A stretch of DNA of 64,000 bases from Dehalococcoidia bacterium. GTDB taxonomy: Bacteria > Chloroflexota > Dehalococcoidia > Lucifugimonadales > UBA3495. Shown here piece by piece: positions 60,771 to 64,000 of this stretch. The position numbers were made by a program, and so were the translations under genes. Positions within the stretch are counted from its first letter, which is position 1. The number at the start of each line of letters is the position of its first letter. The stretch lies in contig CBDCQM010000005.1 of assembly GCA_965220605.1 (NCBI GenBank), positions 729,565-793,564 on the forward strand. The letters are read 5' to 3'. The notes under the pieces are model-generated. The model did no database searches. It saw nothing but the letters and a program-made list of their open reading frames with translations, and had not been told where the DNA came from.

Positions 60771-63700
60771 TTATCCGTTGATGTAAGCAGCAATGACTTC
60801 GCTCAACTCAACCGAGCCGAGGTCGCCATTGATATAGTGGCTGATGGCGATGGACAACTCGGTTCCGCTGATCTGCCCGTCATCGTCCTCGTCGTACCTG
60901 CTCACTGCGCCTTCGTCCACGTCGGTGACGCTGATGGTCACGTCGATGGATGCGCTGCTGTTGGGTGCGCCGGAGCCGTCATTGACGGTTACCGTCACCA
61001 TGTAGGACATCGTGGTCTCGTAGTCCAGCATGGTGCCTTCGCCTACCATTATCTGGCCCGTGCTGGTGTCGATGGTGAAGTACATGGCGTCGTCGCCGCC
61101 CAGGGAGTAGGTCAGCGTGTCGTCGGCGTCGGCGTCGGTGGCCATCACTGGGGCACCGACATTCATACCGGCAGCCGTGTTCTCCGCCACTTCCCTGGCG
61201 CCCATGCCGTCCGCGAACGTCGGCTGGTTATTGGCGGCCACCATGCTGGTGGTTGGGTCGCTGGTGGCTTCCCTGGCGGGACGGTGCTCGTCGTTGTAGG
61301 TCACCATGGCCCGCAGGTAGTAGCCCACATCCGCCGTCTCCGGGGTGTACATGTCGGTCGCGGCGCCCATTCCTGCGGCGTCCATCCAATCGGTCATGTC
61401 CATGGACTTCTGCCACTTCCAGACTTCGCTGGAGGTCATGCCGTCAGGGTCCTCCAAGGTGGCGGTTACCGCGGCGCCAACCAAAGGAGTCTGCGTTGAC
61501 AGGGTCACTGTCCCCATCTGGTCTGCTGGACCACCCAGCCTGACGACATCAGAATACGGGCCGGTGCCGTCACCATTAGTGGCTGCAACCCGATAGTACC
61601 GCGTAGTCCCCGCAGTAACAGCATCAGATGCTGTTGTGGCGGCGGCCACGGCCGGGGTACTAACAACAGTCCAAGGATGCTCGCCGTCTGCTGACCATTG
61701 AGCAACGTAGCCAGTGATAGCGCTCCCGCCCTGCGACGGAGCGTCCCAAAAGAGAACAACGCTCGTGAAGTTTTGCGGCACAATCGTCAGTCCCGTCGGC
61801 GCATCCGGCTGCGTACCAGCCTTCGGAAGGGCCTCGTCTCCTGCTGTTTGAATGAGGTAGGGCCCCATACCAACGCTGTTGATAGCCGCCACCCGGTAGC
61901 GCACTGACTTGCCTGCCAGAGAACTGTGGGTGTCGGAATAATACGCTTTCTTGTTCCCTGTGTTGTCGCTCGCAACTACCCACGTCGCGCCGGCGTCGGT
62001 CGAGCGATCAATCTTGTAGCCCAGAATCGTGCCGGCTGGCGCCACCCAGAAGAATTCAACCGTCTGCGTTCCCACAGCCACAACTGCCGACCCATCCGAA
62101 AATGCCGTCGTCCCATCATCCGTCGGTACGGCAGGCACCCCTACCGGTCGAGCGGTCACGCTGACGACAGCAGAGTACGGGCCGTTGCCTTGAGTATTAG
62201 TGGCCGCAACCCGATAGTACCGCGTAGCCCCCGCAGGAATAGTTGCTGTTGCTGTTGTGCTGTTACCAGGAGTTCCCAGAGTGATGTCGCTAGTAGCCCA
62301 AGGGTGCTCGCCGTCTGCTGACCATTGAACAATGTAGGCAGAGATCAAGCTCTGACCCTGCGACGGAGCGCTCCAAGAGAGATTGACATCGGTATTTGTC
62401 GGCGTGGTGGTATTCGGTGCCGGCGACACGGTCACCGTCAGTCCCGTCGGCGCGCCCGGTTCCGTACCAGCCTTCGGAAGGGCCACGTCTGTTGCTGTTT
62501 GAACGAGGTAGGGACCCACACCAATGCTGTTGATAGCCGCCACCCGGTAGCGCACTGACTTACCGGCCAGGGAACTGTGGGTGTCGGAGTAATACACGTT
62601 CTTGTTCCCGGTGTTGGCGTTCGCAACTACCCACGTCGTGCCGGCGTCGGTCGAGCGATCAATCTTGTAGCCCACAATCGTGCCGGCTGGCGCCATCCAA
62701 TTGAGTTCGACCGTCTGCGTTCCCACCGCTACAACAGCCCCATCCGTCAATCCAGTCGGCGCTTCAGGCACCCCTGCCGTCACACCGCGACTAACTGCAG
62801 AATACGGGCCGGTGCCGTCAGCATTAGTGGCTGCGACCCGGTAGTACCGCGTAGCCCCCGCAGGAATGTCATCTGTTACTGTAGTGCCCGAAACCGTACC
62901 AGAAACAGCAGCCCAAGGATGCTCGCCGTCTGCTGACCATTGAGCAACGTAGCCAGTCGCGCTCGCGCCCCCAGACGGAGCGTTCCAAGAGAGTGTAACG
63001 GTCCCGGCATTTGTCCCTGTCACCGTCAGTCCCGTCGGCGCACCCGGCTGTGTACCAGCCTTCGGAAGGGCCACGTCTGCCAATATTTGAACGAGGTAGG
63101 GACCCATACCAACGCTGTTGATAGCCGCCACCCGGTAGCGCACTGACTTACCGGCCAGGGAACTGTGGGTGTCGGAGTAGTATGCGTTATCGTTCCCGGT
63201 GTCGGCGTTCGCAACTACCCACGTCGCGCCGGCGTCGGTCGAGCGATCAATCTTGTAGCCCAGAATCGTGCCGGCTGGCGCCGTCCAATTTAGTTCAACC
63301 GTCTGCGTTCCCACCGCCACAACACCCGTCGCATCCGTCAATCCCGTCGGCTTTTCAGGCACCCCTACCGGTCGAGCGGTCGCGCTGACGCTAGCAGAAT
63401 ACGGGCCGTCGCCTTGAGTATTAGTGGCCGCAACCCGATAGTACCGCGTAGTTCCCGCAGAAACTCCAGTATCTGTTACTGTGGTACCGGTACCCGAGGT
63501 AGTAATAACCGCCCAAGGATGCTCCCCGTCTGCTGACCATTGAGCAATGTAGGCAGTGATAGCGCTCTCACCCTGCGACAACGGAGCGTCCCAAGAGAGA
63601 ACAACGGACCCAACAGTTGTCGGCGACACGGCCGCTTTGAGCGCCCTCGGCACACCCGGTTCCCTACTAACCTTCGGAAGGGTCTCGTCTCCTGATGTTT

Positions 63701-64000
63701 GAACGAGGTAGGGACCCATACCAGCACTGTTGATAGCCGCCACCCGGTAGCGCACTGACTTACCGGCCAGGGAACTGTGGGTGTCGGAGTAGTATGCGTT
63801 ATCGTTCCTGGTGTTGGCGTTCGCAACTACCCACGTCGTGCCGGTGTCGGTCGAGCGATCGATCTTATAGCCCAGAATCGTGCCGGCTGGCGCCGTCCAA
63901 TTTAGTTCAACCGTCTGCGTTCCCACGGCCACAACATCCGTCCCATCCACAAATGTCGCGGACGTCGGTGCGAGAGGAGGGGTGAGTTGCGCCCCGACGG
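60771..64000 (-). CDS. Giant surface protein, C-terminal part of more than 1070 aa: at least 8 FN3 domains (alternating A/B types), Met-rich module, cadherin-like domain, dockerin/EF-hand-like tail; 5' end outside the window
   Basis: The frame is open to the window edge (…PTSATFVDGTDVVAVG…). Repeats LAGKSVRYRVAAINS.G.GPYL and WSADGEHPW...TRYYRVAATN..G.GPYS occur 4 times each. Cadherin-like ATDADADDTLTYSLGGDDAMYFTIDTSTGQI...VTVTVNDG...VTISVTDVDE. Tail YDEDDDGQISGTELSIAISHYING. Confidence 0.8.
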   Translation of the reverse strand, partial: VGAQLTPPLAPTSATFVDGTDVVAVGTQTVELNWTAPAGTILGYKIDRSTDTGTTWVVANANTRNDNAYYSDTHSSLAGKSVRYRVAAINSAGMGPYLVQTSGDETLPKVSREPGVPRALKAAVSPTTVGSVVLSWDAPLSQGESAITAYIAQWSADGEHPWAVITTSGTGTTVTDTGVSAGTTRYYRVAATNTQGDGPYSASVSATARPVGVPEKPTGLTDATGVVAVGTQTVELNWTAPAGTILGYKIDRSTDAGATWVVANADTGNDNAYYSDTHSSLAGKSVRYRVAAINSVGMGPYLVQILADVALPKAGTQPGAPTGLTVTGTNAGTVTLSWNAPSGGASATGYVAQWSADGEHPWAAVSGTVSGTTVTDDIPAGATRYYRVAATNADGTGPYSAVSRGVTAGVPEAPTGLTDGAVVAVGTQTVELNWMAPAGTIVGYKIDRSTDAGTTWVVANANTGNKNVYYSDTHSSLAGKSVRYRVAAINSIGVGPYLVQTATDVALPKAGTEPGAPTGLTVTVSPAPNTTTPTNTDVNLSWSAPSQGQSLISAYIVQWSADGEHPWATSDITLGTPGNSTTATATIPAGATRYYRVAATNTQGNGPYSAVVSVTARPVGVPAVPTDDGTTAFSDGSAVVAVGTQTVEFFWVAPAGTILGYKIDRSTDAGATWVVASDNTGNKKAYYSDTHSSLAGKSVRYRVAAINSVGMGPYLIQTAGDEALPKAGTQPDAPTGLTIVPQNFTSVVLFWDAPSQGGSAITGYVAQWSADGEHPWTVVSTPAVAAATTASDAVTAGTTRYYRVAATNGDGTGPYSDVVRLGGPADQMGTVTLSTQTPLVGAAVTATLEDPDGMTSSEVWKWQKSMDMTDWMDAAGMGAATDMYTPETADVGYYLRAMVTYNDEHRPAREATSDPTTSMVAANNQPTFADGMGAREVAENTAAGMNVGAPVMATDADADDTLTYSLGGDDAMYFTIDTSTGQIMVGEGTMLDYETTMSYMVTVTVNDGSGAPNSSASIDVTISVTDVDEGAVSRYDEDDDGQISGTELSIAISHYINGDLGSVELSEVIAAYING

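Noticed and set aside
60771-64000. Diversity-generating retroelement or phase-variation system acting on the FN3 repeats
   Set aside because: No reverse transcriptase, no template repeat with adenine-specific differences, and no invertible-promoter inverted repeats in the window. The repeats are explained by tandem domain duplication.

Overview
GC-rich bacterial chromosomal segment. Its gene content (many family III CoA-transferases, a luciferase-like flavin monooxygenase, giant repeat-rich surface proteins) suggests a Chloroflexota/SAR202-like heterotroph, but that assignment is inference only. About 1-20 kb is housekeeping: an F-type ATP synthase operon on the minus strand (atpZ-atpB-atpE-atpF-atpH-atpA), coaD, rsmD, ribF, tyrS, oligopeptidase B, a DUF255 thioredoxin-domain protein, tmRNA, tRNA-Asp and a CDF transporter. 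An IS5-family element sits at about 14.05-14.9 kb. About 15.8-33.5 kb is a catabolic island. It holds five CaiB/BaiF CoA-transferase paralogs, a double hot-dog MaoC hydratase, a CitE-like acyl-CoA lyase, methylmalonyl-CoA epimerase, a ThDP enzyme and an esterase. A rhomboid protease, a retropepsin-like protease, a DUF4389 membrane protein and a tyrosine-phosphatase-like gene are interleaved with these. About 34-43 kb carries an orphan CoxL-like molybdoenzyme subunit, a lipoprotein 5'-nucleotidase and small NIPSNAP, AsnC-RAM and RidA proteins. About 43-50.5 kb is a two-component system followed by an Ig-like protein and a 1497-aa secreted protein. About 57-64 kb encodes three consecutive surface proteins: a Met-rich collagen-like membrane-anchored protein, an 821-aa Ig/IPT-like protein, and an FN3-cadherin-dockerin giant of more than 1070 aa that runs off the window. 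The most striking sequence-level signal is dense colonisation by small palindromic elements. Two MITE families share one GAAA-tetraloop hairpin core but have different ends and different target duplications. An 8-unit 58-bp tandem hairpin array looks like CRISPR but is not one. A MITE splits a toxin gene and can be excised in silico to restore the frame. An IS has inserted into the end of a REP-like element. One CoA-transferase paralog carries repeat-derived in-frame insertions. No tools were run: all protein family calls come from reading the supplied translations and are unverified.
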